Shown here one piece after another: positions 23,926-36,867 of a stretch of DNA of 64,000 bases (the stretch's first letter is position 1; each line of letters opens with the position of its first letter). A model generated the notes under the pieces. That model made no database searches. It was given only the letters and a program-made list of their open reading frames with translations, and was not told the origin of the DNA. Both the position numbers and the translations under genes were made by a program. The stretch is from Mobula birostris (taxonomy: Eukaryota): positions 102,351,731 to 102,415,730 of the forward strand of contig NC_092378.1 of the NCBI RefSeq assembly GCF_030028105.1, read 5' to 3'.

Positions 23926-25764
23926 AAATAATCATTCCCATTTGATCTCAGTGACCTCCTCTTACCTGACAACTTGTCTCTTCTGACCTTTCCATTCTGA
24001 TGGTTTTCATCAGTGACCAAGTTCCTTTCATTGTCCTTATCCTTCATGTCTCCACATCTCTCTCCCCCACCAAACCGATCTTCAGGCACCATGTCCTTCA
24101 GCAGGATCTTGGTCATCGTCTGAGGATGTACTTCAGCTCTGAGAGAGATCCTGAGCTAACTTTAATAGGTGGTTTGGGACAAATTTTCAACAGTAAGGGA
24201 ATGACAGTAAATGCATGGCTTTTCTCTCCCAGTCTGTCCCTTCCTCTTCATTTCTATCCACCGGCAGTGGTTTTCCATCCTTCTCACATAATGATCACCT
24301 TTTCCTGTGAACTGAGGCAGTGAGTGACGTAACTTTTTCTCAAGTGGTGTGTATAGGCATAGGTAGCTCATGGTGGTGTGTAGAGTTTACTGGCTGGCAG
24401 CCAGGAACAGAAGCATAGAGGCTGTTTAAAAGGCATTGGAATAACTGAGGCATGACCAACTAACCCAGCAGAGGTCAGACACTGGATAAACAACATTTGT
24501 AATTCGTAATGTCAAGCAACTAGGAGATAAAGAAGTATTGTGCAAAACAATCTTTTCATCACCCATGATTAATGATTCAATTACCTTATTTTCCAGAATT
24601 TATATCGATCTTGGCCCATTCCTCGAATGCATGTTCGTGTTCATATTTCCTTACAGTCTGCTGAGTCTAAACTCAATCCCAGAACAATCCCATCTATCCC
24701 ATTTCCCCACTTATTTTCCTACAGCCTATTCTCTCTCGCTCATGTCCATCATCTTCTCCCAGTTCCCCTGCCATCTATCTGTGTAGGGGCAACTTACAGT
24801 GGCAAGTTAATCTAGCAGCCTGCATGTCTTTGAGAATAACAGTTAACACCAGAGCTCAGGATCACAGCTGGGCTGCTAGAGCTGGATGGCAGCTGCACTA
24901 ACTGCTGCTCCACAGTGCCACTCTTATTCACATTAAATTGACTATTATCTATGTCCGTGTACAGGCAATTGTTTAAATCCAAACAACAGAGATTAATTCT
25001 ACCTCTCTTGTTCTATTTTTACGTCAGAATTCTCCTTGCATGGCTTCAGGCTGCATGACCCACCTTTGCACCATTCCACTGTTTTACACTTCCCATTATA
25101 TTTATGATTGCCATATACGCTCTTTACTCTGTGAGTTTCATGCGATCAAGGACTTTCATTGCACCCTGGTGTACATGACATTAAGCTAATCTGACATACA
25201 GAGCAACACAATGAGACAGGGAAAGCTGCAATGTGAAACTCTCTGGCTATATTGCACATGTAAACATGAGTCATCTAAATATATCATACTTTGACATACA
25301 CAGGACTCACTTCTCTGTTGAAAGGAAAAAATGCATATACTGTATATGCACTATTTGCAAATTTAATGTATTGGCATCTGCCCTGAGTTGCTGCAATAAT
25401 CTCAAAGGCATTTTAGTCATTCACATTGTACCATTTCCTGAATTTAAGAAGGTGTCACACCCTGACTCAATTCACTAGAATCTTGTGTCGCTTTTTTAAC
25501 AACCTCCATTCTATCAACTTCCAGATTACTCTCCTAATCACATAAATCTTCAGCATTCTCCTGCGTATCTCTTGCAGGAATTAAACAATTCCTGCTTCAT
25601 CCCTTGTTTCCCGTCGATCTCTCATTGTAAAGCACACTGGATGATCTCTCCAGCAGGCTACTTCCAAATGTCTGACAAAGCTGGTTACTTACCAAACTAT
25701 GTCATGGAGCTTTCGTTGTTTCTCTCCACGAGTGAAGCTGCAATTTTGCTTCTGTCTCCAGATG

Positions 25765-26030
25765 AACTAAAAACTAGAGGGCGTAGTTTCAAGAAGAGGG
25801 GTGTAAGATTCAAAAGGGACCAGGAGGTCAATTTCTTCAACCAGTATATGGTATCATCTGCCAGATGAATTGGTGGAGACAGGCACAGTAATAATTTTCA
25901 AAGGGTATTTTGTTAAATACATGGATGGGAGGGGTTTGAGGGATATGATATTGGGACTAGCTTGGTGGGTTCATAGTGGGCATGGATGAATTGGGCCAAA
26001 GGCCTATTTCCATGCTCTATGATTCAATGT
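25765..26030 (+). mobile_element. CR1 3' tip
   Basis: ELKTRGRSFKKRGVRFKRD...NFFNQ; ends gggccaaaggcctatttccatgctctatgattc. Confidence 0.7.
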
Positions 26031-26039
26031 CTTGTAAAA

Positions 26040-26360
26040 TAGAAAGAATCCATTTGGCCCATCAAGTCTCTGTAGCTCTCAGAGCAATCCCATCATCCAT
26101 AATTCCCTATAAAATCTATTCTTTCTCAACTATCCATTGAACTGCAATCCCACCCCACCGACACCCCCACCCAACCACTGATTCTTCCAACACAGCCTTA
26201 CAAGGGGTAATTTACAATAACCTATTAACCTACCAATTTGCATGTCTTTGGGATGTGGGAGGAAATCGGAGCAACTGGACAAGCCTAGGAGAATGTGGCA
26301 ATTCAGTACAGGCAGCACCTGAGGTTAGGATTGAACCCGTGTCACTGGAGTCATGTCGCT
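26040..26360 (-). mobile_element. V-SINE (HE1-like)
   Basis: Minus strand: GGGTTCAATCC (box B-like), then TTTCCTCCCACATCCCAAAGACATGCAAATTGGTAGGTTAAT. Confidence 0.75.
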
Positions 26361-26449
26361 ATATCTGCTCTTCCATTTTTGACCAAACTAAGCTCAATCC
26401 GGTTCTGAGTTTTCTTTACATCAGTAATTCATTTGGAGTGTAACCTGGT

Positions 26450-27100
26450 GTGACGTGGCATTGCACTGCAGTTTAGCAAGAAGTTTGTTAATCAAACTGC
26501 AATTGTTAAATGTGAGCACCCTTATAATACTTGATTCTTCACTCTGTCTTTGATAACTCTGACTGATCGTGCAACAACACCTTTTGATGCACAATGATAC
26601 AACAAACCAAGCGTCTGCTTAATACCTTCTGTATCATAAAGCACTCAGACAAAAACGAATAGGATGGAGATTGTCATTTTTCTGGTAAAGTATGACATCC
26701 GAAAATGGATGTTAACTCCTCGACAGAATCCCCTGTATTGTACTGGGCACAGTATGTTTCAACTTGGTGTATTTCAAGTGGCTGTCTATCAATACTAAAT
26801 GCGAGAAAGTAATAACCAATGTGTACTCTTTGGAAAAGGTGTGTTGGCCATTGACTACTCTTACAATGTCTTTGTTGGCTAGGCTCTTCAATCTTGGCAG
26901 AGAACGAGTTGTCTACAGGATCTCCATCTAATCCCAGTGAATGTACAAAAGCTTTGATTCACTTTCCTCATGTTCACTTCAACAACAAAATGTTCAAAGT
27001 AAAGCTCTTCTAAAATCTACCTTCTCAATAAACTTGGCATGACAATTCTTTGTCCTCATATAACACAACCTTGTTCCGTCGCCAGCTTGTGTCATCTGTG
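26450..27100 (-). mobile_element. Highly eroded Gypsy integrase remnant
   Basis: Minus-strand LYHCASKGVVARSVRVIKD (about 26545-26601) resembles integrase PYHP.SNG.AER.V.T.K. The upstream IKAFVHSLGLDGD is weakly like the integrase zinc-finger region. Confidence 0.45.
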
Positions 27101-28279
27101 ATTATATTTCATCTGGATTTAATTATAGTACTCCATGTGTTCATCGAGACATTTGTTTGCTTCACTTCTTCGATTGAAGCTTTTCATATGCTCGTTTGAG
27201 AACAATATGTCTTTTGTGTCTTTTCACTTCTCTTCACTGCAAGATCCAGAAAAGCATCTCCTACTCCTTAACTGTGAAAGTCATGTGTTCACTCTCAATA
27301 TCTGACTTTTCATGTGGTAATTTTGTGAATTTACCGTATCTGCAATAGTATTTTGTTTTGAACTTCTATATTTGATTGTAAATTCACACTGAAGTGGAAG
27401 ACATTCCTTCCAATTCATTTATTCCTCCTTTCCTGATTCACTGTCTTTCCCGTTCCACCAAATCTACCATCTCTCCTCATCCCTATCCACCATCTCTCCT
27501 GAGGATGTTAATCCAGGCTCCTGTCCTGAACCTCTATCTCTACAGAATTACCAGCTCTCCTGTTCGAAACCACCATCACAGAATTGCCACAAGTTCTGAC
27601 CCGCCAGTTCACCTGAAAGACCATCTCTCCTGAACCACTGCGCCTTCCATTGGTTACAAAGGCTGCAGGTGTTTGGCTCTGATTGGGAATCTGGATCATC
27701 TTCAGGTCTCCAGATGTCTGCAGGACTGCGGAAGCTAATGTTCAAGTCATCAGTTGGGAATACATTCTATGAGCCTAGGGCTTTCCTGGGGACATTGTTT
27801 GTCAAACAATCAGGAAGGTGCAGTAATTGTACACAGACTTCCTGTACTGGACTGGTAAAATACAGTAATAGAATGCAGTTAAACTGACCGTACCCAGACA
27901 GATGGTATCACTTTATGTGCTGGGGAACAAAGCACATAACAGCAATTTAAAAGCTCTCAAAGCTGCCTTATCCCATTGATTTTCATTGCCATATGGTTTA
28001 AAATTATTGAGCAACATTGTGTGGCCAAGTCTCCCTCTGTTGCTTGCTTCTTATGAAATATAATGCTAGATCTCAGTTCTGCTCATGAGGATCTCATGTG
28101 CTTTCTAACCCCGACTCCAGTTCTGAGCACACTCTGTATTTACCTCCGCATATACATATTGAGTGAAATCTCTTGCTACTCCACCAAGTTTTTTGTAAAA
28201 TACAGGCAAAGGGGCACTTCATCTGCCAGCATAGTCCCAGCACTCCCAGTCAGTGCACCACAGGCTGAAGTAGGACTGC

Positions 28280-28450
28280 ACTGAGGGAGCTTTAGGTGGT
28301 AATGAGGGACCATTCAGGGTTGATATCAGGGTGATATTGAGGGAGTACCTGGGATGATACTGGGGCAGCAGTGAAGGAGCACCTGGGCCAATATTGGGGC
28401 CTCATTGAGGGATCCTCCAGGCCAACATCAATGCATCACTGAAGGATGGG
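28280..28450. repeat. Degenerate minisatellite, period about 30 bp
   Basis: Recurring (A/T)(C/T)TGA(G/A)GGA..CCT.GG....A.T.GGGC units, e.g. tattgagggagtacctgggatgatactggg and cagtgaaggagcacctgggccaatattggg. Confidence 0.55.
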
Positions 28451-28452
28451 GC

Positions 28453-28880
28453 TGTCATTACGTTCAGACATTGCCCAAGTGCGGAGCGAGACACACTGAA
28501 GCGAGTCGGTGGCTCACAGACTTTACTGTGAACAGAGATTGAGGGAAAAGAAAACAATAAACGCTTGGCCAAACAGGGCTGCTAACTAAAACCCTTAAAT
28601 GGAAAACAAAGCCTACACTGCGGCTGAAAGGAATAACTAAATATAAAACGAATACCGTTAGTCTTCAGAGTCAGTTGACTCGACAGTCCAATTTCTCAGG
28701 CAAGGCCGAATGCAAACAGGCAGTGAAAACGTCGCTGTGCTTTGTTCAAGTCTCGACGAGTGCTATGACAAAAAGAATGGAGTTCAATGCCATTACAATG
28801 AAATAATAATTAGCTGACATGTGCATATTCACGAGCGTAATTGCTGTATCTGCTGCGCTGCCGGATCCATGGTTGTGACA
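28453..28880. mobile_element. Probable solo LTR
   Basis: A 428-bp CpG-retaining segment bounded by TGTCA...TGACA. No clean TSD is visible. Confidence 0.5.
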
Positions 28881-30426
28881 CAGTCAGGGCAACATCAACA
28901 TATCTGTTAAACCAGTTTACCTCCTCCCTGATAACAGAGCTTTTAATGCAGAACAACCCACTTATGCTTTCAAATATCAGCTCTGGCTGCACAAAATATA
29001 CAACGTACACTCGAGTTTTTTAGCAGTTCTTTCATCTCAGACCTGTGTGTACTGTAAATACAAGAGCTGGAGTGAAATAAGCCGTGGAATAAAAGACAGT
29101 GAATCGTACACAAGCTGCACAGACGGTCCATTTCAGCAGAAGGGTAGATTCTATCAATGGAACGAAACCTAAAAGGGGGCAGAAATGGAATCCAGGAGTT
29201 CTGAGCAAGAGATACCCAGTAAGTGGGAGGTTCACTTCGAACAAGATGAATATTTCAAATGGATTTTATATAAATTCTGAACCAATTTTAATATTTTCCC
29301 AGAGGGAAGGGAATGGTTTCTTTTTGTCTGCTATGTACACTAAAACTGATTGTAATCCACACAGATTCAATCTGCTAAACGATAACTTTTTTTTCCCTGT
29401 ATCGAATGATTCCTCCTTTAGACTCTAATTATACATTGGCTGTTTTCACGTTAGGTAACATTGTGCTGAAGCTGCCTGTTCTACCGGATGGGAGTGATCA
29501 TGGCATCAAGGAATTGTTGAGCACAGAAATGAGCCCTTTGGCCCATCTCATCCATGTAGACCGTGATGTCTATCTATGCTAATCCCACTGCAGTAGGCAC
29601 ATACCCCTCCATGCCTTTCTCATTTAAAAGGCTTCATGCCTTTTAAACATTATGATTGTATCTGCTTCCAACATCTCCATGAGCAGCTTGTTCACCACCC
29701 TCTGTGTGAAACACTAAGAAACAAGGACAGGAGTCATCCCTGGAGATCTACAAGTCTGCTCTTCATTGAGTGGGGAATTGGTTAAGTGTCTACCTGGCCC
29801 TCTGTTGCACCCCATCCCTATAATCATTTATTTCCTTATAGAGTGGAAAGAGCTATAGATCTCGACTACTAAACATTTACCTGTGTGCATTCTCTTACCC
29901 TCTGAGGAAACAGTCTACTCTCTCAAGCCCCCGAGGAATGGTCAGAACCCTAAAGAGAGGAATGCTGAGGTTCAGGAATAGAAATGTGAAATATTGGCTG
30001 AGATAAACCTACTGAGGAGGATTTACTATTCTTTGAAAGTGCACAAGTTGCAGGCCAAAGTGATAAGATGAGCGAGGGGAGGAACATAGAAAGTGCTTTC
30101 CATTATTGCTCAAGCCCGATGTGAAGGGAGCTTGAAACAATGGGAAGAGGTATTCTGAGTTCGTCAATTTAACATCAAAGGAAGATTAATTATTATAAAT
30201 AATTCTGGCTCATACTATTAAATATACAGTTTCACAACTCTCTATGTGAAGAAACATCTTTTCATCTAAGTCTTAAATATCTTATTGCATAGCTTGAGGC
30301 TGTGACTCCTTGTTCTAGATCCCTTCAGGAGAAATATCCTCCCTTATCAGGTCTGTCAAGTCCCTTTGGACTTGCACATATTAAAATAAGATCCCCACTA
30401 CTAAACTATAGCAAATACTGTCCTTA

Positions 30427-31268
30427 AATCAAATCAAGTTTAATTATCATTCAAACCATACTTGGTTTGGATACAGTTGAACGAGGCAGGATTCCCCCGG
30501 GGCCAGGGTGCATAACATATATTCAAAATAGCAAGAGAAAAAAACACACATTGTTATGCAAGAAAACACATGTATAGTCCAAGTCCCTAAGCAACATGCA
30601 AATTGATGGTACAGCTCCCAGCTATCCAGACTGTCATTCTATTAATCAAACGCCGGAGGGCAGCATTGATGGGAGAGGCCAGCTCCCAACCGAGCATGGG
30701 CTTTATGCTACACCACCTCCAGCATCTATTCACCTAGACTGCAGCAGCAGGCTGCACCGTGGCTTGAGGCCTAGTCCTCACTACATCCGAGGCCATGCAG
30801 CTGCCTTGTCACCTGTCTCACCACTGAACAAGGGAAACATTATTCCCTTACATTATCAACATCCAACAGGGTCTTGTGATTGCAAGAGAAATGTTCAAGA
30901 GAGTCACTCACGGTTATACTGCATGCTGCTTTCGTGCACCAACTGTGATGTCTTCAAGTAGCAGGCAGCCACACAATCTGCTCCCAGGTCAGCTCCTCTA
31001 AAACCTCTCCGACCTGAGTGCTGGCTTCACCTTCTCTAGCCCCAGCGCCAGCTTCTTCTTCTCTGACTCGTACGTCAGCTCCTTTAACACCTTGGCCAGC
31101 TGATCCAAACAACGAACAGCTCATTGATGCTGTAGAGTTGCTGTACCCATTGTTCTTGGAGTCCAGTATAGTCTTATGGTCATAAAAGCACATTTTAAAA
31201 AGAAAAGTGCACCTTTGTTTGGCCCCCAAGAGGCCACTGTGTTTGAACACGCCACCATCTTCCCAGAA
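30427..31268 (-). mobile_element. Unclassified non-autonomous retroelement splitting an older CR1 3' fragment (about 30230-30426 and 31270-31600)
   Basis: The minus strand starts GGGAAGATGGTGGCG and ends ATTAAACTTGATTTGATTT. CR1-like sequence lies on both sides. Confidence 0.5.
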
Positions 31269-31857
31269 TTTCGTCTACCCAATCTCTGCAGACAATAAAG
31301 TCCTACAATGCCAGCAACCAGCCTGGTGAACCTTTGCTAGATTACCTATGTGACAAATATGTCATTTCATGGGAGACCAAACCGGCATACAATACTCCAA
31401 GTATGGTCTTACCTGTCTTAGCTGCAGTAAATATTTTTGCTGTTAAATTCAAATCCTCTTGCAAAGAATGCTAAGTTACATTTATTTTCTAACCTCTTGC
31501 TGAACCTGCATATTTGCTTTCAAGGACTCCCGGGTCCTGTTGTGCATCAACATGTCCTAGTCTTCCAGTATTTCACCAATAATCTGCCTTTCTAATTGTC
31601 CCACTCCCTTTCTCTTCATGACAACTATATGCTAAATTTAGTAAAGTTACTCCTAGATATTTTTGACAAAATTCCCAGCCATAATGATGAATCAATGACA
31701 AATTATCCTTTAAACGAGTTATTTACCATACTGAATGTTGGTTGGTACCAGCTTAAAATTGACATATCTGTGTAGCTCTACATTATGTTTGTGCAGAATT
31801 TACCAGAGTCTGTCTCTGTGGAAATAACCATTTGTCTTCAAATAGCCCTTTCACTGT

Positions 31858-31958
31858 GGTCTCTGTCTCTCTGTCTCTGTCTCTGTCTCTGTCTCTGTCT
31901 TTCTGTCTCTCTCTTTCTCTCTCTCTCCCTCTGTCTCTATGTTTCTGTCTGTCTGTCT
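31858..31958. repeat. (CTCTGT)n/(CT)n microsatellite
   Basis: Directly visible. Confidence 0.95.
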
Positions 31959-32099
31959 GGCTCCCCAAACAATATCCACTTTTTTTACACCCACATCTAG
32001 TCCACCGTTACCTCTTCCCCCCCACCTAGTTCCATTACCCACACACTGTTCCCATAGAGTCTTAGATACCGTATTTCATCTGCTTACGAGCTCTCCTTT

Positions 32100-32490
32100 A
32101 CCTACCACCACCTATCGTTTCTTACTTATCAGAGACCAGCATTTGTACCTCTTGTGCCTCTACTTATCTCTACTTTCACTCTGCCCTTCCCTTATCTGAT
32201 TCCACCCGTCATCCCCAGCTTCTTTCTCCCATTTTCATGCCTCCCCTCTGTGTATGGCTCCATCTGACCTTCATCTTTCAATCCACATGTCACCCACCAG
32301 CCCCTGCTTCACCCCTCTACTTCTCCACTTTATACTGGCTGTCCTCCCTCTTTGCTCTTAGTCCCAATGCAGGATCTCAACCTGAAATGTTGATAATGCC
32401 TTTCCCTCCACAAACGCTGCCTAGCCCACTGAGTTCTTCTTCCAGCAACTTGTTTTTTTTTTTGCTCCAGGTTCCAGCATGTCCAGCCTT
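32100..32490 (+). mobile_element. Degenerate Penelope-type terminal repeat (related to 9404-9840)
   Basis: Pyrimidine-rich body, then GTCCCAATGCAGGATCTCAACCTGAAATGTTGA...GCTGCCTAGCCCACTGAGTTCTTC (decayed hammerhead region). Confidence 0.55.
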
Positions 32491-34674
32491 TATTTCCAAT
32501 TGCTTGGTTAGTTGCATGCTAACTTTCAGTGATTAGTGTGGAAAGATGGAGGGATGGCGACCGAATGAGCCTCACTCATGGAACAGCTGAGAGAACTAAA
32601 ATGAGTGACTCAATCAGCTGTCAAACCTGTCCAAAACTTTAAATTATGATGAATTCTTTTGACATCCAGGCATGTTCAAAAATATTCCAAAGGTAATAAA
32701 AATGATTAATCCACTTAAATGAGTAAAACAATGAATAAAAATATCTGCACTTCAAATAAAGATTAAAACCATTTTGTAATCATTTAAAATACCTGGAACA
32801 ACTGATACCTGAAAATAGAAGAAATTGCTTAATAGATCAGTTGCATCTGTGGAGGGAGAGATGGAGAAAGGGAGACAGTGTTTCAGGTCAGTGATCTATC
32901 ATTGATGTGCTGCATGTATCCTCCTCAGGTTCAGTCTTGTGCAGGTTTTTCTGGAAGATTCTCCAGTCCTGGAGAATTGCTGCATCGATGCACAATGGCA
33001 TTAGACCCCATGATGAGTCTAGTGCTGGAATGCACTGGTAGAATTGCTGGCGGAGAGGTGTCCACCAGTTTGCAGTTTCTAAGTCAACTGCAGAGCAGAA
33101 ATTGGTGCTGTTTCTGTGTACGAATGTCAGAGTTTTGCCCATGCACAACTGGTAGCGAAGTCTGTCTTATGTTGCACTGATTACTGGGCAATTCCATTTC
33201 AAGGTCTAATGATCTGCACTGTGAAAGGTGAGCAACATTCATCATTGTGCCCGATCTAGCTTGACTGAAGTTCAAAATTCATTCATTTCTGTAGCTGGGA
33301 TAAACTTGATAGGTTTCAAGCTGTTCAGTCGTTTCAAGTATTCCTACATCAAATCAGAGAGAGAATCTTATGGACATGATACCAAGGCTTCTGGCATCAA
33401 AGGTGATTTTTAAAGGATTTGGATTGAACATACTTTACTAATCCTGTGGAACAATTATCCACAAACTCCATATCTTTAGGCAAAAATGGTTGTCTTTTGA
33501 TGAAAATACCCACCCCTGATACCACCGATCAGCAGGCTCCATGAGATTCCAAGACCTTTCATTAAGCAAGTCCCACCACAGAGTTGCTCCTTCACTCTTA
33601 CCAGCTGTCTAGGAGAGTGAATGCCTGTGAATATCTTTCTTCTTGCAGCCATACTTACTTTTTGTCATTCTGATTATGTTGGAGGCTTGGTTGTCATGCT
33701 TGCCCATGGAACAAAGAGAACTGCAAGCTACAAGTAAGCTTTAGATTGAGTATCCTGCCTACTTTTTTTAAATGCTGGTTAAGTCACGATCTAATGATCA
33801 GAATAAACTGTTCAAACCGTTTTCAATAATTTCGTCCAATCAGATGCTACCAGTTCAAAGTTCAGCACTACGGTAGCTCACCTGAAGTCTCTGAGGAGTC
33901 CCGCAACAAAGGCAAGCTGTCCCAGGAATAGAAATCAGCAGTGTACAAGTTTGAGGTTTCCACCTTTGCCCTGGGTTCCTGACTTCCGCTGAATTATGCA
34001 GTTCAGTGAAGTGGAAGGTCTGTCCACTTCTTCTAGGGAATTGATAAGGGAAGCGACTCACATACAGTGGGGCTGACACAGAACAACAAAGAAATCAATC
34101 CCCTTTCACTGAGTGTGGCTCAGTGGCTTCTCACTGTTCACAGGTCTCTTAGTCTAAGATACAAAAATTGACTGTAATCTGAACTCACACACACGCCGAA
34201 GATGTCAGAGGCAGGAATGAATCATTCCATTTTCCCCTTTGTGTGTGATTTGACACTGAGACATAATGCACACAATGCAAATAAAGTAATCACCATTGTT
34301 CTTTTCAGTGTGTGTGTCACAATGAGGATATGAGGTACATCAGTGTTACAATGGTGCGTGTGAGTTATACGAGAATCTCGCAGTGTAGATGTGAAGTAAA
34401 TCGGTGTTATAACTGAAGTTCCTGATGGTGATGGATATTGGTTATATCAGAGTGTCATGATGAATGCACAGTACGGGTCAAAGTGATATGGTGAGATTAT
34501 GTTGTCTATCAGCAATAAAGGGAGAGCATATCACAGTGTTAAGCTGAAAGTTTGCCGTATTGCAGAATGGTACTCTGAAGATATGGTTAATATCAGGAAG
34601 TTACAATGAATGTGCAATATACATTAGACTGAAAAATGATCGACTGCTTTCCCGGCGTATATGACAAATAAGCG

Positions 34675-35372
34675 CTTCTCGGGCTTGTAGCCGGGTTCAA
34701 GCATCGATTTTAACCGATGTTTCGATGACAAACTCTGCCATCTTCCTCAGGGATGATGCCTGGGTATGCCTAGTCTGGTGGTATGTATACCCCTGTTGTC
34801 CATCCCTGCTGATTGGCTAGCCCTCATCCAATCAGTTTTCCGCTCTTCATACCTTGTTTATAATTGAATTCTAGTTCTTACTTAGAGTGAGACCTTTATC
34901 TCTGTTAAAATTCTTTTTCACTAGTTTTATTTCAATGGCTTCCTTCACCAAGAGGTTCCAAAAACTACTGGCATGGCACAGTAGTTTTGTACCATTGAAG
35001 TCAATCCTGTGGCCGTTGTGAAAGCAATGTTCTGCTCACCGAATTCTTCGGATAGCCCAAATGGATATCCCTCCTGTGCTCCTCGATGTGGGTGTGTACC
35101 ATGTGTCCTGTCTGGCTGATATATGCTGTTTTGCATTCACAGGGAATCCTGTAAATGCCAGCCATCCTGAATCCCAGGTCATCTTTGACCCCCATAAGCT
35201 ATGATTTGAGCTTCCTTACGGGCTTGTGGATGGTATTAATCAGGTATTTCTTCAGGATCCTGATGATCCTTCCAGAGACCATGGAAACACAGGGAAGACA
35301 GGCAGTAGCAATGGGTCCCTCCTCGTTGTTAGGTTTCCTGGTTTTTCCATTGGCCCTTTTAAGAGCCCAAAT
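34675..35372 (-). mobile_element. Penelope-like element 3' part (GIY-YIG endonuclease and pLTR)
   Basis: Minus strand: ATACLPCVSMVSGRIIRILKKY...GIYRIPCECKTAYISQTGH...IEEHRR, followed by CTGAGGAAGATGGCAGAGTTTGTCATCGAAACATC. Confidence 0.85.
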
Positions 35373-35399
35373 GTAGAGTGGTTCTTTCTACTTTGGTTA

Positions 35400-35931
35400 C
35401 TGTGTGAAAACTATTGAGGACCCTAAGATTCTCCAGGTGGAAATAAGACAAATATGCAGGACCTTCCTACAGAATGGCTACAAGGTGAAGGAAATTAATC
35501 GGCGGCAGCAGAACACTGCATTCGCAATGGCCATAGGATTGACTTCGATGGCACAAAACTACTGTGCTGCGCCAAGAACTTTTTGGGACCTCCTGATAAA
35601 GAAAGCCAATGAAATAAAACTAGAGGAAAAGAATTTCAACAAAAATGAAGGTCTCATTCTAAGTAAGAACTGAAATTTGATTGCAAACAAAGTAGGACAG
35701 CGGATAACACACACAAAATGCCGGAGGAACTCAGCAGGTCGGGCAGCATCTATGTCCCACCCAGGTGGGGCAATGGATAACTAATTGGATGAGGACTAAC
35801 CAATCAGGAGGGATGAAGGATGGGGGTATAAGTACCACCGGACTAGACATGCCCAGACATCATCTCTGATGAAAATAGCAGAGTTTATTTTGGAAACGTC
35901 AGTTACAATTGACACCTATACCCGGCTAGAA
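35400..35931 (+). mobile_element. Second, inverted Penelope segment with pLTR
   Basis: EIRQICRTFLQNGYKVKEIN, then DLLIKKANEIKLEEKNFNKNEGLILSKN. 35505-35931 is a reverse-complement homolog of 34687-35035 and includes CTGATGA...GAAACGTC. A short unrelated insert lies at about 35707-35775. Confidence 0.8.
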
Positions 35932-36079
35932 ATCAAGCTGTTATAAAGAATCTATCAGGCATCGACAGTATATTGCAATGAGGATGTGGTATATCAGGTC
36001 AGGCTCATCTTTGGAAATGAATAAACAGTCAACACTTTGGGCTGAGACCCTTCTTCAGCACTGTGAAGCTCAAACATAA

Positions 36080-36810
36080 AGAGATAGTACACTTTTAAGG
36101 ACAAGACCCTCAACAATGTAGACAAACAGAGGGATCTTTGGGTTTAAGTCCATAGCTCCCTGAGAGTGGCTACACAGGTTGATATGGTGATTATGAAGGC
36201 GTACAGCATGCTTGCCTTTATTAGTTGAAGAACTGATTTCAAGAGTCAGGAAGTTATACTGCAGCTTTATAAAACTCTACTTGGGTCACATGTGGAATAT
36301 TGCATACAGTCCTGGTCGTCCCATTACAGGGAGGCTATCGAGGACTTGGAGAAGGTGCAGAAGAGGTTTACCATGATGCTGTCTGGATTAGAGGGCATGT
36401 GCTATCATGAGAGGTTAGACAAATTTGGGTTGTTTTCTCTAGAGAGGTGAAGGTTAAGGGGAGACCTGACAGAGCTTATAAGATAATGAGAGGCATAGAT
36501 AAATAGACTGATAGTACTTTCTCCCCAGATTTGAAATGTCAAATACCAGAGGGCATGCACTTTGGATGAGAGGGGCAATCTCAAACGAGGTATGAGGGTG
36601 CTTGGAAGGCACTGCCTGGGGTGGTGGTAGAGGCAGATACCTTAGGGATTTTTAGGAGACATTAGATAGGCACATGAATTTGAGGAGAATGGAAGGATAT
36701 GCACGTAGTGTAGGCAGAAGAGATTAGTTTAGTTGACAATTTGATTACTTCTTTAATTGGTATGGCACAGCATCGTGGGCTGAAGGTTGCTCCTGTGTTG
36801 TATTGGTCTA
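36080..36810 (+). mobile_element. CR1 3' fragment
   Basis: LQLYKTLLGSHVEYCIQSWSSH...LEKVQKRFT; CR1 3' UTR-like end. Confidence 0.85.
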
Positions 36811-36867
36811 AGTTATGATAAAGGTGCGAGATACGTGGTAATGTTCTAGCAAGGATGGAATATATAA

